Part shown: in pieces, positions 20,169 through 28,985 of the stretch | How positions within the stretch are numbered: position 1 is the stretch's first letter | Layout: each line of letters begins with the position of its first letter | From: a virus | Taxonomy: Duplodnaviria > Caudoviricetes | Reading direction: 5' to 3' (one strand) | Length of the DNA: 51,883 bases | IMG/VR virus record: IMGVR_UViG_3300030380_000566 | Location: 1 to 51,883 of that record | Program-made: the position numbers and the translations under genes | The notes under the pieces: model-generated | The model's database searches: none | Seen by the model: the letters and a program-made list of their open reading frames with translations, nothing else | What the model was told of the DNA's origin: nothing

Positions 20169-20618
20169 TTAATAATCTCCTTTGTTTACTTGTAGACAAG
20201 TTAAGCCTAAGTCTTCTCTGTACATTTGTACTACATCATCTCTATCTTCTAATACAAACCAAACTCTTTTAGGATTAACATATTCTTTTACAATTTTTAA
20301 TTTAACATCCGCATCAGAGTTTTTATCCCCATCATTACGCATTAATAAATTATCATAAGGTATTTCATTTAATCTTAGCCAGTGTTGAGTTATCTTCTTC
20401 CACTTTTTCTCTCTGGCTGTAATTAAATAAATTTTAGTTTCTGCATCTTTTAGATTCCTTACAATATTAGCTATATCTTCAATACAACCAGATGTTGTTG
20501 ACCGAGCATTAAACTCATCATAATCTTTTTCAGTGAGTTCATCTTTTTCTAATATTTTAGCCCTGTCACCTATAGTAGCTAATGTACCATCAATATCGCA
20601 TAATATAATTCTTTTCAT
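20169..20618 (-). CDS. HAD-family phosphatase (like the phosphatase domain of polynucleotide kinase)
   Basis: DIDGTLA, LITAR, LLMR...D..VK, EDR and CLQV motifs; no kinase domain. Confidence 0.85.
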   Translation of the reverse strand: MKRIILCDIDGTLATIGDRAKILEKDELTEKDYDEFNARSTTSGCIEDIANIVRNLKDAETKIYLITAREKKWKKITQHWLRLNEIPYDNLLMRNDGDKNSDADVKLKIVKEYVNPKRVWFVLEDRDDVVQMYREDLGLTCLQVNKGDY

Positions 20619-20619
20619 A

Positions 20620-21273
20620 TTACACCTTTTTGTTTAATGGTTTAGCCATTGAAGGAGCAGACCACTCTTTTGGAGTTAAAAATGGTTCTGCCCAATCATG
20701 TACTTTAATAACTTCAGCTACCATAAGCTTGAAGACCTCTCTGTATTCACCTTGTGCTCTTGGGCTTAATCTAGACTTAGCCATTTCATGCAAAGTTCTT
20801 AAATTAAATTTAGCTACGATATTAGTGTGAATATTTGTAGGCAATATACCTCTAGCATCTTCTGCATTTACTCCTGAGTTTCTTAACTTTTGATAATACT
20901 CATTTATAGTTTTCATAGCTTCATCATAATGATGTTTACCTGCTGGGTACTTTTCTATTTCTTCAGGTACAAAATAACCGAAGCCTTGCATATCCACTGT
21001 ACGTTGTGATTGTTGTGCGTAGCTACCTTGTCTTGTGCGTACAAACTGATGAGTAAAGCCACGAGTAACTTCTCTAATATCAAATACATAATCAACAAAC
21101 TCCCATGATGATTTTATAGTATTTAGCATATAATCCAGTTCAGCTTGTTTTTTATCTTCTGGCCAATCTTTAATTTTAGCATACGCATCATCTTCATTCA
21201 TTAACCTAGTATTCTTAGTAAACAATAAAAGGTTTTTAGCATCGCTAGTATAATTTATTAATTTAACCTTCAT
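20620..21273 (-). CDS. thyX: Flavin-dependent thymidylate synthase (variant motif)
   Basis: HQFVRTRQGSYAQQSQR (ThyX motif with RTR in place of RHR), EDARGILP, NLRTL and R....AQGE.R. Confidence 0.85.
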   Translation of the reverse strand: MKVKLINYTSDAKNLLLFTKNTRLMNEDDAYAKIKDWPEDKKQAELDYMLNTIKSSWEFVDYVFDIREVTRGFTHQFVRTRQGSYAQQSQRTVDMQGFGYFVPEEIEKYPAGKHHYDEAMKTINEYYQKLRNSGVNAEDARGILPTNIHTNIVAKFNLRTLHEMAKSRLSPRAQGEYREVFKLMVAEVIKVHDWAEPFLTPKEWSAPSMAKPLNKKV

Positions 21274-21712
21274 TGTCTAACTCCTCTATCAACTCATTGG
21301 TAAACTGATGAGGAACAGCCAACATTACATAAGCCTCAAAATTACTACCACTCTTTTTAATATTAACTTTAACTCTTTCAAAGTTTTCAATACGCATATT
21401 AATAGTTTCAATAAAAGCTACTTCAGTATTTTGAGCTGAACCTCTTGATAAATAATATTTTGATTTGCCTTTTACTTCACTAGCTATCATATCAGCTGCT
21501 GTACGTTTTGCTGCCATTGTTGCCATATCTAAGGCAAGTTGTTTATGTTTAGATTTACCATACCCACTGACTACAGTGCTACCTTCTACTGTTGGTGGGT
21601 CAATGTACCATATTGGGTCAGGAGAGTTAAAGTTATAAGAACACCCTCCTAAAAATTTTATTACTATGACAAATATTACAATGCCTATAAATAATTTTAT
21701 GTATTCTCTCAT
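21263..21712 (-). CDS. Lipoprotein (LPP20-like)
   Basis: Hydrophobic signal ending in lipobox LGGC; P.WY..PP and G.G.S...QLA...A...AK pattern. Confidence 0.6.
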   Translation of the reverse strand: MREYIKLFIGIVIFVIVIKFLGGCSYNFNSPDPIWYIDPPTVEGSTVVSGYGKSKHKQLALDMATMAAKRTAADMIASEVKGKSKYYLSRGSAQNTEVAFIETINMRIENFERVKVNIKKSGSNFEAYVMLAVPHQFTNELIEELDNEG

Positions 21713-21713
21713 A

Positions 21714-22634
21714 TTATATTCCTTTCTTACTGTGTAGTTGAATTAAATAATTATCACCAATCATATTATCAATAACATTTATATCATCAACAATATCATC
21801 AAGCAATAACTGCCTCCATGTAGCAAACCTACCCACAGAAAAAATATTATACTTTTGTGTTAAATACAAAATAAATTCTTTACGAACTTTTTCTTCTATT
21901 GGTAAAAGTTTACCATACTTCATCTCAGACACTGTTATGTATTTTAACTCATATGGCTTTACACCAAAATCATCTTTTAAAAAACTAAAAATATCTGAGC
22001 CGTCTTTTGTTGGTCTAGAAATGTACTCTGCCATAACTACATTACCAGTTATTGATACTCTGTAGCAATCTGTTATATCACTAGGATAATAAACAGTCTG
22101 ATACAAAGATGTTTTAGGATTAGTTATAACAGCCCTTTTAGACCAAATAGTCTTAAACTTAAAATCAGGTTTATTTGGCCAACTAATTATCTTCATCATA
22201 GTCGGCATAGGTATTGTGGATAAAATAGGTTCTCTAAAATTGTTACAAGCTTCATAATTTAAAATTTCATTATACTCAATATTTAAACTATTAGCCATTA
22301 AGCTTATAAATTTTAAAGGTGCTATGTATCTGTGTACTGGTTCAAGATTACTAATAGACCTATCATAATAAGCACCTGTTACTTTTAAAGAATATTTATT
22401 GCTTAAAAATAAATCAGGTTTAGTAATCAACCTATCTTCATACTTTATAGCCTTACTAACTTTTACCTTTTTAAAAGGGATACCAGTGGCTATAGCTACC
22501 TTATCAGACCTAAACCTTAACAATGCGTCATGGTTGTTGGGTAATGAAGGTTGTCCTTCTTTTATAGTTGGATTATATCTGCGTAACATATTAGCAGTTA
22601 ACAGACCACCCATACCTGCACCATAGATAATCAT
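21714..22634 (-). CDS. FAD/NAD(P)-binding oxidoreductase-like protein
   Basis: N-terminal Rossmann motif IIYGAGMGGLLTA, internal STIPMP and C-terminal VGRFATWR, like the GR motif of the UDP-galactopyranose mutase / amine oxidase fold. Confidence 0.7.
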   Translation of the reverse strand: MIIYGAGMGGLLTANMLRRYNPTIKEGQPSLPNNHDALLRFRSDKVAIATGIPFKKVKVSKAIKYEDRLITKPDLFLSNKYSLKVTGAYYDRSISNLEPVHRYIAPLKFISLMANSLNIEYNEILNYEACNNFREPILSTIPMPTMMKIISWPNKPDFKFKTIWSKRAVITNPKTSLYQTVYYPSDITDCYRVSITGNVVMAEYISRPTKDGSDIFSFLKDDFGVKPYELKYITVSEMKYGKLLPIEEKVRKEFILYLTQKYNIFSVGRFATWRQLLLDDIVDDINVIDNMIGDNYLIQLHSKKGI

Positions 22635-23200
22635 CTCTTGAACCTAATTCTGCCTTTTGCTAGATCCCATGCTAGGTCTTGACGTCTACCACCTTTAGCT
22701 ATAAAATCTTCATATGTTAACCCTTTATTTTTAATAACAATATCTAAAGAACTAAAGCCATGACTTTCTCTACGTCTTGGGTTTACAATTAAGTCTGTGG
22801 TAAGCTTTCTGCCTTTAAAAAATGACTTACGTCCTCGAGTTTCTTCACCATTTAAACTTCTATTAGACTTAGGTTTTTTATTAGTAGGTTCTGGGTCAAG
22901 CTTACGGATGATACCTTCAGTTCTTAGTTTTTCAAAAAGATTCATTAGTCGCTCTGCTCCAGTCCTGCGGTCAGCGAATCTTCTAACCCTTTTAACTTTT
23001 GTTCTATCGGTATAACTATTATAAAGTTCTACCATATCATCAGAAGTTATTGTACTGTAATTATCAATTAGGTCGTTTATGTTTCTAATTAATATACCTG
23101 ATTTAGCGTCGTCTTTAGCTTGAGTTATTGTATCAAAACAAGCCACAGTGCTAAGTTGATTCTTACTATACTTTTTTAAAAATAATTTATATATCGCCAT
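22631..23200 (-). CDS. Basic hypothetical protein with NPR...DLAWD C-domain (possible DNA binding)
   Basis: C-terminus NPRRRESHGFSSL...YEDFIAKGGRRQDLAWD is paralogous to that of 14838-15539. Confidence 0.6.
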   Translation of the reverse strand: MAIYKLFLKKYSKNQLSTVACFDTITQAKDDAKSGILIRNINDLIDNYSTITSDDMVELYNSYTDRTKVKRVRRFADRRTGAERLMNLFEKLRTEGIIRKLDPEPTNKKPKSNRSLNGEETRGRKSFFKGRKLTTDLIVNPRRRESHGFSSLDIVIKNKGLTYEDFIAKGGRRQDLAWDLAKGRIRFKR

Positions 23201-23414
23201 TATCTGCTCCTTCCTCTTCTTTAAGTTTTGATAAAATATTATCTTGTGAAGTTAAAAAACTTTGTACCATGTTCAACATACGTTCTTGTTGTGCCATAGC
23301 TTTTACAGTATAATCTATATATTCATAATAATCTTTTTTTAATAGATCGTACTTTTCTTGTGTTGTTATTTCAGCTACATCTATAGCCTCAATATATTTT
23401 TTTACATAATGCAT
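23187..23414 (-). CDS. Hypothetical protein
   Basis: 75 aa; leader TTGAGAAAGGAATAAATTATG. Confidence 0.6.
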   Translation of the reverse strand: MHYVKKYIEAIDVAEITTQEKYDLLKKDYYEYIDYTVKAMAQQERMLNMVQSFLTSQDNILSKLKEEEGADNGDI

Positions 23415-23468
23415 AATTTATTCCTTTCTCAATATTGTTAGTATTATTTAAAATCATTTTAATTACAA
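23415..23468 (-). promoter_or_regulatory. Candidate promoter with palindromic spacer, and SD
   Basis: TTGTAA-17bp-AATACT. The spacer contains palindrome TTAAAAT-N-ATTTTAA (23448-23462). Shares the GAGAAAGGAATAAA leader. Confidence 0.5.
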
Positions 23469-23481
23469 CATTTATTTTACG

Positions 23482-24957
23482 TCAGTTAAAATCAAAGTGT
23501 TTCAAAGTTCTTGGTTGTACGATGTATAATTTATTTTTCGCCCTAGTTATAGCCACATACCAAACTCGTAACTCTTCATCACTATAAATATTATCAAAAC
23601 TTTTTTTGCCCATATCTGTCAATAATAATACATTATCAGCTTCACCACCTTTAATTTGATGGATGGTACTAATTATTATTTTAGGCTTATCACTAAACTT
23701 TTCTCCATTGCGTAAACATGCTCTTAAATATTCTCTATCTTGAAGTGGGATTAATTTTAAAACTTTAAGCCATGATTGTTTTAACATATCTTTAGGTAAA
23801 CCGATATCATTAACTCCATAAGTTTCGAGATCTTCTAATTTGTGTTTTATTGGAATAAATTTTAAAACATTTTTAGCTTCACTTATAGATAGCTTATTAC
23901 CTTTGCGTAAACTTTCCCAAGATACTATAGCTTTAGTTATATCTGTACTTAGGGAACTATTGTTATGTATGATGTAACCTCTGCCTTGTTGTATGGCTAC
24001 TTGTTTACATCGGTTGAGTAAATACTTTGACCTAGCTAATAAAAGCCAATCACCTTTTAAATTAATTTCTTGTTCACTAGCCACCCACTCAACTGCACCT
24101 TCATATTCTCTAGGGTGCCAAGTTTTAGAATATCTCTTTTTTATTCTTTTTAATATTTTATTAGCTAAGTGATGAATGGTTGATGGTATTCTATAAGATT
24201 GTGGTAGGACTATCTTGTTCCCTTTTAAAGATAAAAATTTATTAACATCAGCACCAGCCCATCCAAAAATAGCTTGGTCATCGTCACCTGCTATAAAAAC
24301 TTTTTTTGCAGACTTGGCTAACCTTATACCTAGCTTGTATTGCAAAGAAGATAAATCTTGTGCCTCATCAAATATACAAACATCAACAGGTAGTGTGCCT
24401 TCATACTTTTCTAACATATCAGTAAAATCAAATAACCCAAACTCATGTTTATATTTTTTTAAAGTTTGTTTGTATTGTTCTACCGCATGATATGTTAAAT
24501 CTGTTACATTAGATAATTCAAATTGTTGCTCAGTTGTGCGCATTGTCATCCTAGCTAGTGCATCTATTCTAGCACATTTATCTCCAAGACCATCGCCCAC
24601 AGGTAACATTGTAACCTCGTCATAAATACCTTTAAAAGTTAAACCCATAGCCCTACCAAATTTTTTATAATGACTAGGTGTCATAACTTCATCAGACCTC
24701 AACCCTAATTGTTTAAAAGCTAAAGAGTGTATTGTTCTAAAGAATGGCATTCTATCTTCATCAAACCCAAACCTAGCTATGGCACGTTCTATGGCTTCAT
24801 TTGCAGCTTTACGAGTAAAAGCTAAAAATGCAATACGTTCCGGAGGTATACCACTCTCAATAGCTTCATCCACTATATTTAATAGAGCAGTAGTTTTACC
24901 AGTTCCAGGAGGACCAAGTATTATATTAACCCTGTGTGAAGTCTTTAATTTTACCAT
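23482..24957 (-). CDS. UvrD/Rep-like SF1 helicase
   Basis: GPPGTGKT, AFTRKAA, TIHS, DEAQD, GDDDQAIF, QSYR, STIHQIKGGEAD and YVAITRAK motifs. Confidence 0.92.
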   Translation of the reverse strand: MVKLKTSHRVNIILGPPGTGKTTALLNIVDEAIESGIPPERIAFLAFTRKAANEAIERAIARFGFDEDRMPFFRTIHSLAFKQLGLRSDEVMTPSHYKKFGRAMGLTFKGIYDEVTMLPVGDGLGDKCARIDALARMTMRTTEQQFELSNVTDLTYHAVEQYKQTLKKYKHEFGLFDFTDMLEKYEGTLPVDVCIFDEAQDLSSLQYKLGIRLAKSAKKVFIAGDDDQAIFGWAGADVNKFLSLKGNKIVLPQSYRIPSTIHHLANKILKRIKKRYSKTWHPREYEGAVEWVASEQEINLKGDWLLLARSKYLLNRCKQVAIQQGRGYIIHNNSSLSTDITKAIVSWESLRKGNKLSISEAKNVLKFIPIKHKLEDLETYGVNDIGLPKDMLKQSWLKVLKLIPLQDREYLRACLRNGEKFSDKPKIIISTIHQIKGGEADNVLLLTDMGKKSFDNIYSDEELRVWYVAITRAKNKLYIVQPRTLKHFDFN

Positions 24958-25171
24958 TGCGTATTTTTTCCAATATTATTTTAGCAGTGCTAACCCAACC
25001 GAAGTCATCAGTTTTGAATGTACCATTTTCTAAAATAGTTTCTAAAGCCATAAATAATTCAGCTATATCGTCGTCTGTTAAATCTTCTCTAACTCTACGG
25101 AACAGTTCTACATTTTCATGCTTGTTCTGCCAGTTAGTTAATCTCCATGATTCAATTGGTGGTATTGTCAT
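24926..25171 (-). CDS. Hypothetical protein
   Basis: 81 aa between primase and helicase; SD AGGAGG. Confidence 0.55.
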   Translation of the reverse strand: MTIPPIESWRLTNWQNKHENVELFRRVREDLTDDDIAELFMALETILENGTFKTDDFGWVSTAKIILEKIRNGKIKDFTQG

Positions 25172-26704
25172 TTAAAAATCCTCCTGTATTGTTGATGGTA
25201 AGTCTAGGTCTTCTTCTTCATAAAACTCTGGTGCTGTAACGGACCAGACCTTGACAGGTTTACCTTTTATTTTAAAAGTTTTACGTTCTGCTCCTGCATC
25301 TCTAAGCCAAGACCATATTTGATGTTGGTTAGAATATTTGTACCTTCTAGTTTCTAAGTAGATGAAAAGATCTTCAGATCTAAAAAATACTCTTTTAGTT
25401 TCTATATCATGATAAGGTTTACCATTCATTATTTCATCTCTATGACGAGCCTGCACCTTACCAGTTAAGAATGTATCTAAGAATCTTTCAAACTGACCTT
25501 TAGGTGAAGCATCATCAGGATCTTGTACAATCTCTACTACTTCAAGTAATTCATTTATACGATGCTCCCACCTTTGAGCAGGCATAGTGGATGGGCATTT
25601 GTTTAATCTTTCTACACAAAGTTTTTGTAACTTGCGTTGGTCTAATAATTGGTCGGTGTTTGTTTCAATACGTTCCCCACCTATTTCAATATACCATCGT
25701 ACAGATTCTTTATTTGTAGTTTCATATTTAGTAATACTATCTATTTCAATACTAGCCCCAGACATATTAGACCCAACCCCAAACTTACGTTTAATACATT
25801 TAACTCTTTCACAATAGTTACAGATGGGTGCTTGTTTGCAGGTATATTCATAATCCTTTTTAGCTACACCTTTAACTATGCCACTAACCTCTGAAGCTGA
25901 TAGGGGAGGTTTAACATATTCATAGTTATGCTTCATGACGTCTTCTTGCCAATCGTCTGGGTTCTTTTTTCTATAGTAAACTCCTATATTAAATAAGGAC
26001 ACATTCCTAGTACCCTCAGGAAAGCCCATAGTAGATAAATGTTGTAAGCATGGTGGACCATCTTCAAACATATCTATGAGTCTTGGTTGATAGGATTGTA
26101 ATTTTTCTAAGGTTGTTGTTTTACTTTCTGCATAATCTAAAAATTCTTTTAGCGATAATTTTTTACCATCTTTAATAGCATATCGCTCTGAGTTCTCGCC
26201 ACCATGATAACATAAGTTAATCCAATTACCTCTATCACGTTCATTGGCTCGATTAGTTTGTTTAGGAAATATCTCTACACCACCATAGCCTAATTGTGCT
26301 GCGAACTCATTTAGCTTACTTACTACCTTAGTAGCTTTGACTGGTGGGTCTAAGAATAAATAAAGATGGGCTCCTCCACTTTTACTACGGCACAGAACTA
26401 ATGGGGTATCTTTTATTCTTTTTTCAAGATCTTCTAATTTTTCATTTAAAGTTATAGCACCTTTAATATCTATATCAATCGCTCCAAAGCTACATGTATT
26501 ATCACTCTTTAACATTATAATACCTAATATATAGTCTTCACCATTGAGGTGGTCTTGATAATTTTTAATGGTGGGAGGTTCGGATATAGTTAAAGCCCTG
26601 CCAGATAACTTACCTTCAGCTGACTTGTTGAATACTTTATATTGACCATAAGCATGTTCATAGCCACTAAAGAGTTTCATAAACCTTTTAATGTTATCTG
26701 GCAC
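25172..26704 (-). CDS. DNA primase (AEP-like N-domain plus PriCT-like domain)
   Basis: GAIDID, RSKSGGAHLYLF, EIFPKQ, GNWINL, PPCL, EGTRNVSLFN and a Cys cluster C...PIC..C....C. Confidence 0.8.
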   Translation of the reverse strand: MPDNIKRFMKLFSGYEHAYGQYKVFNKSAEGKLSGRALTISEPPTIKNYQDHLNGEDYILGIIMLKSDNTCSFGAIDIDIKGAITLNEKLEDLEKRIKDTPLVLCRSKSGGAHLYLFLDPPVKATKVVSKLNEFAAQLGYGGVEIFPKQTNRANERDRGNWINLCYHGGENSERYAIKDGKKLSLKEFLDYAESKTTTLEKLQSYQPRLIDMFEDGPPCLQHLSTMGFPEGTRNVSLFNIGVYYRKKNPDDWQEDVMKHNYEYVKPPLSASEVSGIVKGVAKKDYEYTCKQAPICNYCERVKCIKRKFGVGSNMSGASIEIDSITKYETTNKESVRWYIEIGGERIETNTDQLLDQRKLQKLCVERLNKCPSTMPAQRWEHRINELLEVVEIVQDPDDASPKGQFERFLDTFLTGKVQARHRDEIMNGKPYHDIETKRVFFRSEDLFIYLETRRYKYSNQHQIWSWLRDAGAERKTFKIKGKPVKVWSVTAPEFYEEEDLDLPSTIQEDF

Positions 26705-26715
26705 GAGCTCTTCCT

Positions 26716-27537
26716 CTACATTACGTCAGAGTCATTATCATCATCTTTAGAATCTTCTGGGGCAACTTTTACATCGCCTGACTTAATTTGGTCTCTGAAG
26801 GCTCTAGCTGATAAATAGATTTGGTCACCATTTTTAAGTTGCTTCATGATGCCTCCACTATCACTATCAAACATAGGCTCAACATCCCAACCAAACCATT
26901 CACCTTTATCATTACTCATAGGCACAGTCTTTAACTTATAAGCATTATAAAAGATAGCAGGATTAAACACCCCATTACCATCAGGCTTAGGAACTTGTAG
27001 AGCAGCAGTCATACTATTCCATCTACGAGCAACCTTTAACATACTACTTGTCATAGATATTAAAGCTTGAGTAGTGGCTCCTGTTTTTTCATCATACAAG
27101 TACACAAAGTACTCTGCTGTAGTTACTACTTCATTACCCTCAGTGGTGATGTCTTTCATTGAACCTTGAGGCTTCTCACACATCTCAAGGATACTGCTAT
27201 TAGTGCCATGGTCTTTAACTAAACCACCACCAGCATCTCTAGGCTTCCACTCAATGTACTTTCTATTATAGTTAACTGGGATTACTGTTACACCCTTTTC
27301 TCCACTATAGATATCTTTAGTTACTGAGTTCATAATATCCCCAACCTCAGCACCTTCAATATACTTACCATCCCTTTTATTAACTTGTGGGGAATTAGTT
27401 TGTAAGACTTGAAGTCTGGGTATCATGTAGTCTTCGTTGGTCATACCTTCTTGACCGACACTAGCATCTTCCATTAGCATAGCTGGGTCAATTGTTGATA
27501 CTGTAGTATCATTCTTTTTTTGTACTGCTTTCACCAT
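26716..27537 (-). CDS. Putative ssDNA-binding / annealing protein
   Basis: IPRLQVLQ..SPQV, YIEW, N.KG.WFGW and an acidic tail (EDSKDDDNDSDVM); upstream of the primase. Confidence 0.6.
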   Translation of the reverse strand: MVKAVQKKNDTTVSTIDPAMLMEDASVGQEGMTNEDYMIPRLQVLQTNSPQVNKRDGKYIEGAEVGDIMNSVTKDIYSGEKGVTVIPVNYNRKYIEWKPRDAGGGLVKDHGTNSSILEMCEKPQGSMKDITTEGNEVVTTAEYFVYLYDEKTGATTQALISMTSSMLKVARRWNSMTAALQVPKPDGNGVFNPAIFYNAYKLKTVPMSNDKGEWFGWDVEPMFDSDSGGIMKQLKNGDQIYLSARAFRDQIKSGDVKVAPEDSKDDDNDSDVM

Positions 27538-27538
27538 A

Positions 27539-28132
27539 TTAATTACTCCTTTTTATAACGGCACGATGGCCAGTGAAAATTTTAAAAACGTCATAGGGAA
27601 CTTCTTTACCATTGGCTATTTGTTCTTTGAGCCAAGAGTTAAGTCTCCTAGGATTTACTTCAGACTTGTTAGCAAAGTCTAATTCTTTATCATTTAATAT
27701 CTTTTCAAATTCTAAAGCCTTAGTATCTTCACCAGTTTGAAACTGAACTACATAGTTGTTACTAATTAAAGACTCAGCCTTATTACTTCTAAGGTAAGTG
27801 TAACAGCTATCTTTACGTTGTACGAGTTCCTGCTTGAGTTCACCTTTGGCTCTATCTATGGCACCATTACTCGGTGTACTACCAGAAACTACATCATTCA
27901 CTGAAACCTTTGTACCATCATTTAACTTAAACTCTTTTACGTTAAGGTTGTTCATTAACTCTGGTAAGTCTATTTCAGAAACTTGTCGTAAGTTCTGCTT
28001 CGCTAGTTTGAGTTGTTCTTCAAGACGGATTACCTCATCTTCGAGTTGGATCTGTCTTTCAGCTAACTCACTACATGCACCTATTTCATTGGATGAAGGT
28101 GCTACATCCTCTAGCAAGTTTATTTTAGTCAT
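27539..28132 (-). CDS. Conserved replication-module protein
   Basis: Coiled-coil N-terminus, LPELM...FKL.DG.KV and V.P..L..W.KE motifs. Confidence 0.6.
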   Translation of the reverse strand: MTKINLLEDVAPSSNEIGACSELAERQIQLEDEVIRLEEQLKLAKQNLRQVSEIDLPELMNNLNVKEFKLNDGTKVSVNDVVSGSTPSNGAIDRAKGELKQELVQRKDSCYTYLRSNKAESLISNNYVVQFQTGEDTKALEFEKILNDKELDFANKSEVNPRRLNSWLKEQIANGKEVPYDVFKIFTGHRAVIKRSN

Positions 28133-28499
28133 GCTTTATTTCCTTTCTAAATTCCAAGGTGGTCGGCATGTACCAGCCAGCTCTTCTATCCCTATCACCT
28201 TGCTCGATGTTACGTTCCCATCTGAGAACATTAATGATTGGAGATACTTCTGCAGCCAAAGCTGATACTATCATCACTGCTATTGGATCTCCACCTCCTG
28301 CCCAAAGTATATAGTCATTGGGACTGAAGTCTTTTAATAACCTACGAGCTTTCAAGATGGATGGTCCTGTTAAGAACTGAGGCTTTTCATTAGGCTCAAA
28401 TATAACCTTCATTGAACCATAACGAGTAGCATCTGTTAAATCAGGAGTCCATCCAAATTTATTCTCTCGTGGTCGTTGTACTAAGTAGACTGTTGCCAT
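28125..28499 (-). CDS. Conserved hypothetical protein (alpha/beta, GDP motif)
   Basis: VYLVQ...DLTDATRYG...DYILWAGGGDPIA...LRWER; coupled to both neighbours. Confidence 0.6.
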   Translation of the reverse strand: MATVYLVQRPRENKFGWTPDLTDATRYGSMKVIFEPNEKPQFLTGPSILKARRLLKDFSPNDYILWAGGGDPIAVMIVSALAAEVSPIINVLRWERNIEQGDRDRRAGWYMPTTLEFRKEIKHD

Positions 28500-28786
28500 G
28501 GATCTGTTTCTTTTATCTTATCATAATTGTTAGGTGATACATCTAAATAGAGTTTTGTAAAATCCTGCTTGGTTGAACTTTTAGTCCACTTAAAGTTTTT
28601 AGGATCTTTTGGGCTCATTATAATTAACCTAAACTCATCATTATTATGAGGCATTGCAAAAGTAACAGGGTACACCATGTCGTCTTTTAAATTATCTATG
28701 TAGCCTTCTTTGATGTTTCTATTACGACCTACTTTTATAGATTCATCATTAAAGTCTTTTAATTGTTGCTTAGTTAAATATTGCAT
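28481..28786 (-). CDS. Hypothetical early protein
   Basis: Start moved to ATG 28786 (MQYLTK...), which follows the TTGAGAAAGGAATTAACT leader. Confidence 0.6.
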   Translation of the reverse strand: MQYLTKQQLKDFNDESIKVGRNRNIKEGYIDNLKDDMVYPVTFAMPHNNDEFRLIIMSPKDPKNFKWTKSSTKQDFTKLYLDVSPNNYDKIKETDPWQQST

Positions 28787-28845
28787 AGTTAATTCCTTTC
28801 TCAATAATATTGTTATACTATATATAGAAAATAATTTAAAGTAAA
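28787..28845 (-). promoter_or_regulatory. Leftward promoter of the replication operon, and SD
   Basis: TTTACT (28840-28845)-17bp-TATAGT (28817-28822) on the minus strand. Confidence 0.65.
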
Positions 28846-28867
28846 ATATTTTTTTCCTAGGATCTGG

Positions 28868-28978
28868 GGTAACTTGGTAACTGCGGTAACTTAATCTCTG
28901 TAAGCCTTAGTTAGTAAGGATTATATCTGGGTAACCAGAGTAAGAATCTGTTGGTAACTTTTTTAATACTTTGGTAAC
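28868..28978. repeat. Six GGTAAC direct repeats with short inverted repeats (candidate replication origin)
   Basis: GGTAAC at 28868, 28876, 28885, 28930, 28953 and 28973. CCTTA-N5-TAAGG and TCTGG-N4-CCAGA also lie in this non-coding divergent gap. Confidence 0.7.
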
Positions 28979-28985
28979 TTTAGGC

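Noticed and set aside
28868-28978. Possible mini-CRISPR array
   Set aside because: Repeats are only 6-11 bp with irregular 2-39 bp gaps, and there are no cas genes.
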